Shown in pieces: positions 53,585-61,427 of a DNA stretch of 64,000 nt. The notes beneath the pieces were generated by a model. It was not told where the DNA came from, did not search any database, and saw only the letters and a list, made by a program, of their open reading frames with translations. Where the stretch lies: contig JBGAKX010000005.1 of the NCBI GenBank assembly GCA_044224215.1, positions 7,350-71,349 on the forward strand. The letters are read 5' to 3'. Each line of letters begins with the position of its first letter. Position 1 is the stretch's first letter. The position numbers and the translations under genes are program-made. The DNA comes from Blastocatellia bacterium (lineage in GTDB: Bacteria; Acidobacteriota; Blastocatellia; UBA7656; JADIYM01).

Positions 53585-54475
53585 ATGAGCGACACGACCA
53601 ACACGAACGCAAACATCGAGCTGATGAAGGCCAAGCTCGAAGCCCACAAGAAGGACAAGCTGCTGCATCTGCTGAGCGGGCTCTTCGTTGGCCTGCTGGT
53701 CGGATTCTTCGGAGCCAACTGGATGAACGCGCGGCCGGCGGCGATCGGACCCGCCGCCGGACAGGCAGCCGTGGGCGGTGCAGACCTTCCGGCCGATCAT
53801 CCCGCCGTCGAGGGCGGAGGCGCGGGAGCAGGAGCGGGCGCGGCGATGCCTGAGGTGCAGGCCAAGCTGAAGGCGGCGGACGACAACCCCCAGGACTTCG
53901 ACGCGCAGATGGAAGCCGCGGCGATGTTTTTCCGGATCAACAACTTTGCCAAGTCGGTCGAGTATCTTGAACGTGCGAGCAAGCTGAAGCCGAATGATCC
54001 GGACACGCTCGCAAACCTCGCGAGGGTCCAGTTGCGCAGCGGGGACATGGAGCAGGCAATTGCAAACGCCCGCAAAGCGTACGACCTGAAGCCCGACGAC
54101 TTTGACAACACCGTGCTGCTGGCCAATCTGCTGTTCGACACCGAGAAGTTCGTGGACGCGCAGCCGCTCTACGAAAAGGCGCTCGTCATGAAGCCCGACG
54201 ACGTCGACGTCCGCACGGATCTCGGCACGAGCTACTTCAAGGCGGGCAATCCCGACAAGGCCATCGCCACCTACCGCGAATCGCTCAAGCGCGACCCCAA
54301 GCACCAGAATACACTCGTCAACATCGCGCATGTCGCCATTGCAAAAGGTGACTCTGCGGTCGCCGAGGACGCGCTGACCAAGCTCGCGGCGGTCAATCCG
54401 CAGAACGCCGAACTCGCCAGCTTGCGGACGCAGCTCGACGAGCTCAAGAAGACTGGAAAGATTCCGACACACTAG
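53585..54475 (+). CDS. Membrane-anchored TPR-repeat protein
   Basis: TM helix (LLHLLSGLFVGLLVGFFGANW), Gly/Ala-rich spacer, then several TPR units (AKSVEYLERASKLKPNDPDTLANLARV...). Confidence 0.6.
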   Translation: MSDTTNTNANIELMKAKLEAHKKDKLLHLLSGLFVGLLVGFFGANWMNARPAAIGPAAGQAAVGGADLPADHPAVEGGGAGAGAGAAMPEVQAKLKAADDNPQDFDAQMEAAAMFFRINNFAKSVEYLERASKLKPNDPDTLANLARVQLRSGDMEQAIANARKAYDLKPDDFDNTVLLANLLFDTEKFVDAQPLYEKALVMKPDDVDVRTDLGTSYFKAGNPDKAIATYRESLKRDPKHQNTLVNIAHVAIAKGDSAVAEDALTKLAAVNPQNAELASLRTQLDELKKTGKIPTH

Positions 54476-54570
54476 GTCCGTGCGTCGCGTTGCCCGCCGG
54501 CGCTAACCGGCACCAACGAAACGCTCAAAGACCAGCCCCGCGGCTGCTTCGTCGTTGCATATCGGTCCGG

Positions 54571-54603
54571 TTGGTGATATCTGTGGCACCAACACACTGG
54601 TGC
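54571..54603. promoter_or_regulatory. Composite palindrome built from three TGGTG/CACCA hexamers (TTGGTG-N10-CACCAA overlapping GCACCA-N6-TGGTGC) about 110 nt upstream of the cNMP-binding gene
   Basis: Seen directly. A candidate dimeric transcription-factor operator. Confidence 0.35.
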
Positions 54604-54708
54604 TCATAGTTTGTTTCCGGAGGACACCGGCTTTCGCCGATTCCTCCTTGCTTTTCCCCACACATTCCCAGGTCTCAACCCCCTGCGGGGCCGGACTCGG
54701 GAGGAACC

Positions 54709-57174
54709 ATGCCACAAGAGATCCAGAAGCGTCGGGATGTGCTCGCGGCCATCAAGAGTGTGGCCGCCATTGCAGACATCACCGCTGAGCATGCCGGGCA
54801 TTTCGAGCACGAGATCGACCTCGAAGTCATCGTCTACGGCCGCAACTACAACGGCAAGAAGGTCGGTCCGTACGTGCGCCTCCTCGTCTACCAGAACGGC
54901 GAGGACGTCATGCGCGAGGGCGAGTGGGGCGGGAACACGTTCTACGTCGTGGTCGAGGGCAAGGCCGACGTGCTGATCGACAGCGCGAACGGCATCGTCA
55001 AGGTCGCCGAGATATCGCAGGGCGACATCCTCGGCGAGATGTCGATCCTTGCGGGTGTGCCGCGATCCGCGACCGTTCGTGCACCGCAGGGCGGCGCCGT
55101 GAAGGTGCTCGAGGTTCAGCGTCCGGCGCTCCGGTTGCTGCGCAAGCTGCCGCATTTTGGTGAGTCGCTCGACCGGTCGTATCGCCATCACGGCAGAAAC
55201 CAGATTCTCCAGGTACTCGGGTCCGTGGAGCACCTGTCGACGGACGCGATCAAGGCGCTTGAGGGCATCTCGCAGTTCCGCGTGTACGGCAAGGGGCACG
55301 TCCTGTTCCGTGCGGGCGAGCAGATTCGTCGTGTCTACCTTCTCAAGACCGGCTGGCTGCGAATGTCGCAACAGGCTAAGACCTCGCTGCTCGCGGCGGT
55401 GCCCGGGTATGGCAACGTGAAATCGCTGTCGTGGGACACCCCGTCGCCGGACAGCTACTTTGGTCCGTCACACGCGTTCGGCCTGGAGGGCGTCCAGCAG
55501 GATGCAACGTGGCGCCACTCGGGCGTGCTGCTCGGACGCACCGAGATGCTCGAGGTGTCGGTGTCGGAGCTCCGAAAGAACCCGCAGCTCGTTGCGCTCC
55601 TTGGGCACGCGCTGCAGACCCTCGAGATCAAGGACGCGCAGGCCGACAAGGGTCCGCCGGCCCCGGTCGCCGAGGCGCAACGCGAACTGATCGCGAACGG
55701 GCTCGTCGACGGGACGAACCTGTTGCTGATGGACATGGAGCTGTGCGTCCGGTGCGGCAACTGCTCGCTTGCCTGCAATCACCAGCACGGCAACTCGAGA
55801 CTGCTGCGACGGGGCATTTCGATCACGCGCCCCGAGACGCTCAAGAAGAACTCGCATACGCAGCACCTCATGAATCCGTCGGTCTGCATGCACTGCATGG
55901 ACCCCGAGTGCATGACGGGCTGTCCGACGGGAGCGATCGGTCGCTTCCCCGGCGGCTATGTCGACATCGATCCGAAGACGTGCATCGGGTGCGGCGACTG
56001 CGCGACGCAGTGCCCGTACGACGCCATCTCGCTGATCGCGCGACGGCCAAAGCCTGGTGAGAAATCGAATGCGCTTGTCGAGATGTTCAGCCTGGCGCCT
56101 GCGCCGATACCCGAGTCGGTCGAAACGACCGAGGACCTCGTTGCGGTCAAGTGCAACCTTTGCAGCAATACGCCGCTGAACCCGCCGGGCGCGAAGTCGC
56201 GCAAGTACAGCTGCGAAGAGAACTGTCCAACTGGTGCGCTTCTGCGTGTGAGCCCGCGTGTCTACTTTGACGAGATCGCCAACATCGAGGGCGTCATCTT
56301 CAAGGACGATACGCACATCGTTTCCAAACACACGTCGCACCGCGATCCCAAGAAGCGACTCATTCACCTGCTCGGCATCGTGCTCACGCTGGCGCTTGCC
56401 GCGGTGAGCGTGGCGGCGCTTTACAGAATCGGCCGCGACAATCCGCTCCTTGGATCGTGGTTCAACTTCTACTGGTTCACCGGGATTGTTGGTCTTCTCG
56501 CGATCACGTGGGTGATGTTGTACCCGATCCGCCGACAGATCTTCCGCAAACGCGTCATTCCGTTGCGCTACTGGATGCTGTCGCATGCCTACATGGGCGT
56601 GATCGCGGGCGTGCTCCTTCTCATGCACGCCGGGACGCGCGGTGGCGGCCTGCTGACCACGTCGCTGATGATCACGTTCGACCTGGTCATCCTGACGGGG
56701 TTGTGGGGCATCGCCACGTACTACGTCGTGCCGAGAGTGCTCACAAAGATCGAGGAGCAACCGCTCCTCGTCGACGACCTCATCCTCAGACGGCAGGAAC
56801 TGACTGAGGAGATCGCGGACACGGTCGCCCGCGCGTCGCAGCCGACGCGTGATGCGATCGAGAAGGGCGTCATTCCGCACTTCCTGACGTTTGGCTATCT
56901 GCTGGGACAGTATTTCTCGGCAAAGCCGCTCGCGGTGAATACTGCAGAAGCCCGCAAGCATTTTGAGCAGACGGCGATGACGCTTCCTCCCAACGAGCGC
57001 GATTCGTTCTTTGGCGCTGTCGAGCGCGCGGCGACGCTGCGTCGGGTCGACGCGCTCATCCTGCTGCACCGGTCGCTCAAGGCGTGGCTCGCACCGCACG
57101 TCCTGACGACGTCGCTCATGCTCGCCCTGATGATCGTGCACATCATTCAGGTCATCTATTTCGCCGTGAAATGA
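54709..57174 (+). CDS. Cyclic-nucleotide-binding (2x cNMP) domain protein fused to a four-cluster [4Fe-4S] ferredoxin module and a C-terminal His-containing polytopic membrane domain
   Basis: cNMP-binding signature GEMSIL...RSATVRA and a second degenerate CAP-like domain. Cysteine motifs: CVRCGNCSLAC, CMHCMDPECMTGCP, CIGCGDCATQCP, and CNLCSN...C-x3-CP (the NrfC/PsrB-like tetra-cluster pattern). At least 5 C-terminal TM helices. Confidence 0.7.
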   Translation: MPQEIQKRRDVLAAIKSVAAIADITAEHAGHFEHEIDLEVIVYGRNYNGKKVGPYVRLLVYQNGEDVMREGEWGGNTFYVVVEGKADVLIDSANGIVKVAEISQGDILGEMSILAGVPRSATVRAPQGGAVKVLEVQRPALRLLRKLPHFGESLDRSYRHHGRNQILQVLGSVEHLSTDAIKALEGISQFRVYGKGHVLFRAGEQIRRVYLLKTGWLRMSQQAKTSLLAAVPGYGNVKSLSWDTPSPDSYFGPSHAFGLEGVQQDATWRHSGVLLGRTEMLEVSVSELRKNPQLVALLGHALQTLEIKDAQADKGPPAPVAEAQRELIANGLVDGTNLLLMDMELCVRCGNCSLACNHQHGNSRLLRRGISITRPETLKKNSHTQHLMNPSVCMHCMDPECMTGCPTGAIGRFPGGYVDIDPKTCIGCGDCATQCPYDAISLIARRPKPGEKSNALVEMFSLAPAPIPESVETTEDLVAVKCNLCSNTPLNPPGAKSRKYSCEENCPTGALLRVSPRVYFDEIANIEGVIFKDDTHIVSKHTSHRDPKKRLIHLLGIVLTLALAAVSVAALYRIGRDNPLLGSWFNFYWFTGIVGLLAITWVMLYPIRRQIFRKRVIPLRYWMLSHAYMGVIAGVLLLMHAGTRGGGLLTTSLMITFDLVILTGLWGIATYYVVPRVLTKIEEQPLLVDDLILRRQELTEEIADTVARASQPTRDAIEKGVIPHFLTFGYLLGQYFSAKPLAVNTAEARKHFEQTAMTLPPNERDSFFGAVERAATLRRVDALILLHRSLKAWLAPHVLTTSLMLALMIVHIIQVIYFAVK

Positions 57175-57176
57175 GG

Positions 57177-57199
57177 GCAAGGGCCCGCCCGGCCCTTGC
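57177..57199 (+). terminator. 9-bp perfect hairpin (GCAAGGGCC-cgccc-GGCCCTTGC) followed by TTCCTC, 3 nt after the stop
   Basis: Seen directly. Confidence 0.5.
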
Positions 57200-57231
57200 T
57201 TCCTCGAGGCGCTCGAACCGCAACCTACGCC

Positions 57232-58701
57232 ATGGCAACGAGCAAATTCACTATCATTCGCAAGGACCTCCAGACGGACCCGTCTGTTGTCGACAGTGAC
57301 GGCCTCACGATCGGGCGCCTTGTCAGCAACGACCTGCCGCTCAACCACCCCGAGGTTTCGCGCACGCACGCGGGTATCAAGGAGGTCGGTGGCGACTACT
57401 GGATATTCAACCTCTCGAATGCCAACGGGACCATCCTCAACGGTGCGCCGGTAGACAGCGCACCGCTGGCGGCTGGCGACGTCATTCAGCTCGGGCCATT
57501 CACGTTGCTTGTTTCGTTCACCGATCGCGTGCTGACGCTCACGGTCGAGGTGAGCGTCAACCCGATGCGCGTCGAGAATGCCGGCGCAGCGGGTGCGACG
57601 GTCGATCAGGCCGGCAAGACGATGATGCTCAACCCGGCCATGTTGGCTGCCCAGCAGCAGAAGGCAGCGCCGGGCGGCACTCAGCGACTGGCAATGACAG
57701 GCAAGCTCACCGGCATGCTCGCCAAGCCGGAAGAGCTCGCGCTGAAGGTCTTCTGGGAGAAGCGCCAGCGCGACGAAGGCAAGATGGCCGAGCGCACGGA
57801 CCTGAAGCCGAACCTTCAAAAGGGCCGTGTCGGCAAGATCCGCTTCAACTGGAGATCGTCGTCCGACCTGCGCAGGCCGTGGCCCGTCGGGCTGTTTCTG
57901 TGGGGTACGATCCTTGTCGCGGTGGGCGCGATCGCAGCGACGTTTCTCTACAAGCAGGCGTACACGAAGGGGCCGCTCGCCGACGTGCATACGCGCACCG
58001 CGCTCGCTCAGGCAGAGCCGGCTCTCGCGATCGCAAAGACCGCAAACGCCAACTCGTGCACGACGTGCCACTCGCTCACAAAGTCGATGGCCGGCCAGTG
58101 TGCCGAGTGCCACACGACGCCCGGGTTCAAGTCTACCGTTTCGCACGAACACGAGATGGCCGGCGTCACGTGCTCCGAGTGCCATGGACAGGACCATCGC
58201 GGCAACGCATTCAGGCTCGCGGCGGCCGAGACGTCTTGCGACACGTGTCACAGGCAGGGCTACGTCTTCAAGAGCGTTGCCCAGGGGAAGGACATCGTCC
58301 TGCAGACGCCGCACGGCGGCGCGAACATCGGCTACCCCGTGACCAACGGCCAGTGGACGTGGGCCGGCTGGCCTGAAGAGAAATGGAAGAAGCGCGGATT
58401 GCCGAAGACCGCGGCGGCCTTTGACATCAAGGGCCAGTTCCACGTCATCCACGTCGACAACGGAAAGCCGCTGGAGCAGGTTCAGTGCTCGGACTGCCAC
58501 ACCAAGGGCTTCGAGCCTGCAAACATCACGAAGGGCGTCCGCGAGTCGTGCGCGTCGTGCCACGGCGACACTGTGGCCCAGGCGGGCGCGTCGCCGTCGA
58601 GGGGCGCGCAGTGCACGTCCTGCCACCAGCAGCATACCGAGGGCAAGGACCCGTACGCGCTTGTGCGCGCGCGCGAGGTCAACGCGGCTCGAACAAAATG
58701 A
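57232..58701 (+). CDS. FHA-domain protein fused via one TM helix to a periplasmic heptaheme cytochrome c
   Basis: N-terminal FHA fold (TIGRLVSNDLPLNHPEVSRTHAGI...GDYWIFNLSNANGTILNG, i.e. the GR...S.H...N.NGT pattern). TM helix PVGLFLWGTILVAVGAIAATFLY. Seven CxxCH motifs (CTTCH, CAECH, CSECH, CDTCH, CSDCH, CASCH, CTSCH). Confidence 0.75.
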   Translation: MATSKFTIIRKDLQTDPSVVDSDGLTIGRLVSNDLPLNHPEVSRTHAGIKEVGGDYWIFNLSNANGTILNGAPVDSAPLAAGDVIQLGPFTLLVSFTDRVLTLTVEVSVNPMRVENAGAAGATVDQAGKTMMLNPAMLAAQQQKAAPGGTQRLAMTGKLTGMLAKPEELALKVFWEKRQRDEGKMAERTDLKPNLQKGRVGKIRFNWRSSSDLRRPWPVGLFLWGTILVAVGAIAATFLYKQAYTKGPLADVHTRTALAQAEPALAIAKTANANSCTTCHSLTKSMAGQCAECHTTPGFKSTVSHEHEMAGVTCSECHGQDHRGNAFRLAAAETSCDTCHRQGYVFKSVAQGKDIVLQTPHGGANIGYPVTNGQWTWAGWPEEKWKKRGLPKTAAAFDIKGQFHVIHVDNGKPLEQVQCSDCHTKGFEPANITKGVRESCASCHGDTVAQAGASPSRGAQCTSCHQQHTEGKDPYALVRAREVNAARTK

Positions 58702-58758
58702 TCGGCGCTCATGGACTCCCCGTCCGGCGCAATGTGATGGACCGGTGAAACGTACATC

Positions 58759-60435
58759 ATGAAGAAGTCGCAACTCATCATTACCATCCTGATGCTCGTC
58801 ATTCTGGTCGCGGCTGCATTTGGCACGCGTTACCTGAATGTGAATCTCGGCGCCGTGCCCTGGTACGGCTGGACGGCACTCGCGATCGTGCTGATCGTCA
58901 TCGGAGTGATCGGCCTGATACTCGAGACGTCACGCGACCGGCGGGACCTGAAGGCTGCCACGATCGAGGCGGAACGCGAAGCCGCCGAACGGCTCGAGGC
59001 ATCCAAGCACCCTGACCTTGCGGTAAACGTCGCCGCATTGGACCCCGGTGGACCCGCGTATCCGCACCCTGTCATCAACTCGGCCACGTGCATCGGCTGT
59101 CATGCGTGCGTGGACGCTTGCCCGCATGACGTGCTCGCAATCGTGAACGGCATCTCCACTCCGATCGCGCTCGATCAGTGCATGGAGGACACCGGGTGCC
59201 AGGTTGAATGCCCGACCAGCCCCAAGTCCTGCATCGTGGTCAACACAAAGAAGAAGATTCCGGAGCGGAAGGTTCCAAAGCGCGACAACCGATTCATGAC
59301 CAATGTTCCCGGCATCTACCTGATCGGCGACGTATCGGGAGTTCCACTCATCAAGAACGCGATCAACGAGGGCGGCGCGGTCATCGAGCACATCGCCGAG
59401 GACCTTCAGAAGAAGGGCGGCAACGGCCAGGCGGAATACGATGTCGCGATCGTCGGCGTCGGACCCGGCGGTCTTTCGGCCGCGGCGCTCGCAAAGCAGA
59501 AGGGTCTGCGCTACGTAGCGCTCGAACAGGACAAGGTCGTCGCCACGATTCAGGCCTACCCGGCCGGCAAGTACGTGTTCTTCAAGCCCGACACGGTCGA
59601 GACGGACGGCGGCATCGAGCTACCCGGCGCCGGTCTTCCAAAGGAGCAGATGATCGGCTCGTGGCTTGACACGATCAAGAACAACTCGCTCAAGATCAAC
59701 GAGTACGAGACGTGCAAGAGCGTCAAGAACGAGAACGGCCTCTTCGTGGTCCGCACCGATTCGGAGAAGACCAAGCAGAGCGCCGAGTACAGGTCACAGA
59801 CGGTCATCATCGCCGTGGGTGGCCGCGGCACGCCGATGCGCCTCAAGGTGCCAGGCGAAGAGATCAAGCTGCAGGTGACGCCGAGCGCTCCGGTTATGTC
59901 GTCCTTCTGCGTCAAGTGCGGCCAGCCGCGCGAGGGCGCGGCGACCGTCTGTCCGAAGTGCAACGCTGCGTATCCGTCTCGCATTCCGCCGCCGTTCGAG
60001 GACGAGAAGGTGAAGTATCGCCTCAGCGATCCGAATCTTTTCTCGGGCAAGCACTGCATCGTCGTTGGCGCCGGCAACTCGGCGATCGAGTGCGCGGTGG
60101 ATCTCGCGTCGTATCGCTCGGAAGACGGCACGCAGATCATCGGATGGCGCGACAACGTCGTCACGCTCGTCATCCGGAGCGACTTCAAGGGCGACCTGAA
60201 GCTCGGCAACAAGATGCTGTGCTATGAGTGCATGGACGAGGGGAAGATCACGACCCACTTCCGAAAGGCATTCAAGGAGATCACGCCGACCGAGGTCGTG
60301 CTCATGAGCGCGCGCGAGCGCGACCCGGCCACGGCAAAGGAGACCGACCGAATCCGCAACGACTACATCTTTGCGCTGATCGGCGGCGACAAGCCGACCA
60401 AGTTCCTCGAGAGCATGGGAATCCAGATCGGCTAG
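58759..60435 (+). CDS. Membrane-anchored 2x[4Fe-4S] ferredoxin domain fused to an FAD/NAD(P)-binding (thioredoxin-reductase-like) oxidoreductase with an inserted zinc ribbon
   Basis: Two N-terminal TM helices. Ferredoxin motifs [12 protein letters not shown] and C-x5-C-x3-CP. Two Rossmann GxGxxG motifs ([25 protein letters not shown]). Zinc ribbon CVKCG...CPKCN. Confidence 0.7.
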   Translation: MKKSQLIITILMLVILVAAAFGTRYLNVNLGAVPWYGWTALAIVLIVIGVIGLILETSRDRRDLKAATIEAEREAAERLEASKHPDLAVNVAALDPGGPAYPHPVINSATCIGCHACVDACPHDVLAIVNGISTPIALDQCMEDTGCQVECPTSPKSCIVVNTKKKIPERKVPKRDNRFMTNVPGIYLIGDVSGVPLIKNAINEGGAVIEHIAEDLQKKGGNGQAEYDVAIVGVGPGGLSAAALAKQKGLRYVALEQDKVVATIQAYPAGKYVFFKPDTVETDGGIELPGAGLPKEQMIGSWLDTIKNNSLKINEYETCKSVKNENGLFVVRTDSEKTKQSAEYRSQTVIIAVGGRGTPMRLKVPGEEIKLQVTPSAPVMSSFCVKCGQPREGAATVCPKCNAAYPSRIPPPFEDEKVKYRLSDPNLFSGKHCIVVGAGNSAIECAVDLASYRSEDGTQIIGWRDNVVTLVIRSDFKGDLKLGNKMLCYECMDEGKITTHFRKAFKEITPTEVVLMSARERDPATAKETDRIRNDYIFALIGGDKPTKFLESMGIQIG

Positions 60436-60506
60436 CCAACGACGGACCGACCCGTGACGAGGCGCCATCGTGCGCCTCGTCGTCTTTCCGATGGTTTGGG
60501 GGGAGC

Positions 60507-61373
60507 ATGAACGAAGATCTGCTGAGCTTGATGCCAACAACCGAGATGACGCGACGGCGCTTTGTCGTCACGTCGCTTGCGGCCGGATTTGCGCTTGCGG
60601 TGCAGCCCGTATCCGCGCAGACCGTGATCACGACCGATTCACAAGGTCTCGAGGCCGGCGAAGTCCAGATCCCGGTTTCAGACGGGAAGATGCCTGCCTA
60701 CCGCGCGATGCCGCTCAAGGGAAAGAATTTCCCGGTGGTGCTCGTCGTTCAGGAGATCTTCGGCGTCCACGAGCACATTCGGGACGTGTGCCGGCGTTTC
60801 GCAAAGCTTGGACACATGGCGATCGCGCCGGAGCTTTACGCGCGACAGGGCGATGTATCAAAGATGACCGACATCCAGGAGATCATCACAAACGTCGTCT
60901 CAAAGGTGCCGGATTCGCAGGTGATGTCCGATCTCGACGCCACCGCGGCATGGGCCGGCGCATCCGGCAAGGCCGACGTGAAGAAGCTCGGCATCACCGG
61001 CTTCTGCTGGGGGGGCCGCATCGTGTGGCTCTATGCTGCCCACAACCCCAAGCTCAAGGCCGGAGTCGCCTGGTACGGCCGTCTCGTCGGTCAGCCATCG
61101 GAACTCCAGCCAAAGTATCCGATCGATCTCGTCAAGGAACTGAAGGCACCCGTGCTTGGCCTCTACGGCGCAAGCGACCAGGGAATCCCCGTCGATACGG
61201 TCGAGAAGATGCAGGCGGCCTTGAAGTCGGCCGGCAGCAAGTCCGAGATCGTGCTCTACCCCGACACGCCTCACGGTTTCAACGCCGACTACCGCCCGTC
61301 ATACCGCAAGGAACAGGCGCAGGACGGTTGGAAACGGCTGAACGCCTGGTTCGCCAGGTACGGCGCGGCGTAG
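60507..61373 (+). CDS. Dienelactone hydrolase family protein with twin-arginine (Tat) signal peptide
   Basis: Tat motif [28 protein letters not shown] nucleophile motif GFCWGG. Conserved D and H (YPDTPHGF). Confidence 0.8.
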   Translation: MNEDLLSLMPTTEMTRRRFVVTSLAAGFALAVQPVSAQTVITTDSQGLEAGEVQIPVSDGKMPAYRAMPLKGKNFPVVLVVQEIFGVHEHIRDVCRRFAKLGHMAIAPELYARQGDVSKMTDIQEIITNVVSKVPDSQVMSDLDATAAWAGASGKADVKKLGITGFCWGGRIVWLYAAHNPKLKAGVAWYGRLVGQPSELQPKYPIDLVKELKAPVLGLYGASDQGIPVDTVEKMQAALKSAGSKSEIVLYPDTPHGFNADYRPSYRKEQAQDGWKRLNAWFARYGAA

Positions 61374-61380
61374 GACGTAC

Positions 61381-61420
61381 TTGCCGCAGATTTGCGCGAA
61401 TTTGCGCAAATCTGCGGCAA
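61381..61420. terminator. Perfect 17-bp inverted repeat (TTGCCGCAGATTTGCGC-gaattt-GCGCAAATCTGCGGCAA): bidirectional terminator between convergent genes
   Basis: Seen directly. It lies between the stop of the DLH gene (61373, + strand) and the stop of the tricorn protease gene (61428, - strand). Confidence 0.65.
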
Positions 61421-61427
61421 AGAACGG

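Noticed and set aside
50443-54472. 500-aa and 853-aa minus-strand ORFs antisense to resB/ccsA/TPR genes
   Set aside because: The sense strand has the WWD heme-lyase signature and ResB topology. The antisense translations are Arg/Asp-rich without motifs.
54584-54603. TGGCAC hexamer as a possible sigma-54 -24 element
   Set aside because: Spacing to any GC (-12) element does not fit TGGCAC-N5-TTGCW. The motif is better explained as part of a palindromic operator.
55468-58773. 1101-aa minus-strand ORF spanning the cNMP-FeS and FHA-cytochrome genes
   Set aside because: It is the longest ORF in the window but purely a GC-skew artefact. The sense frames contain Fe-S cysteine clusters, an FHA domain and seven CxxCH motifs.
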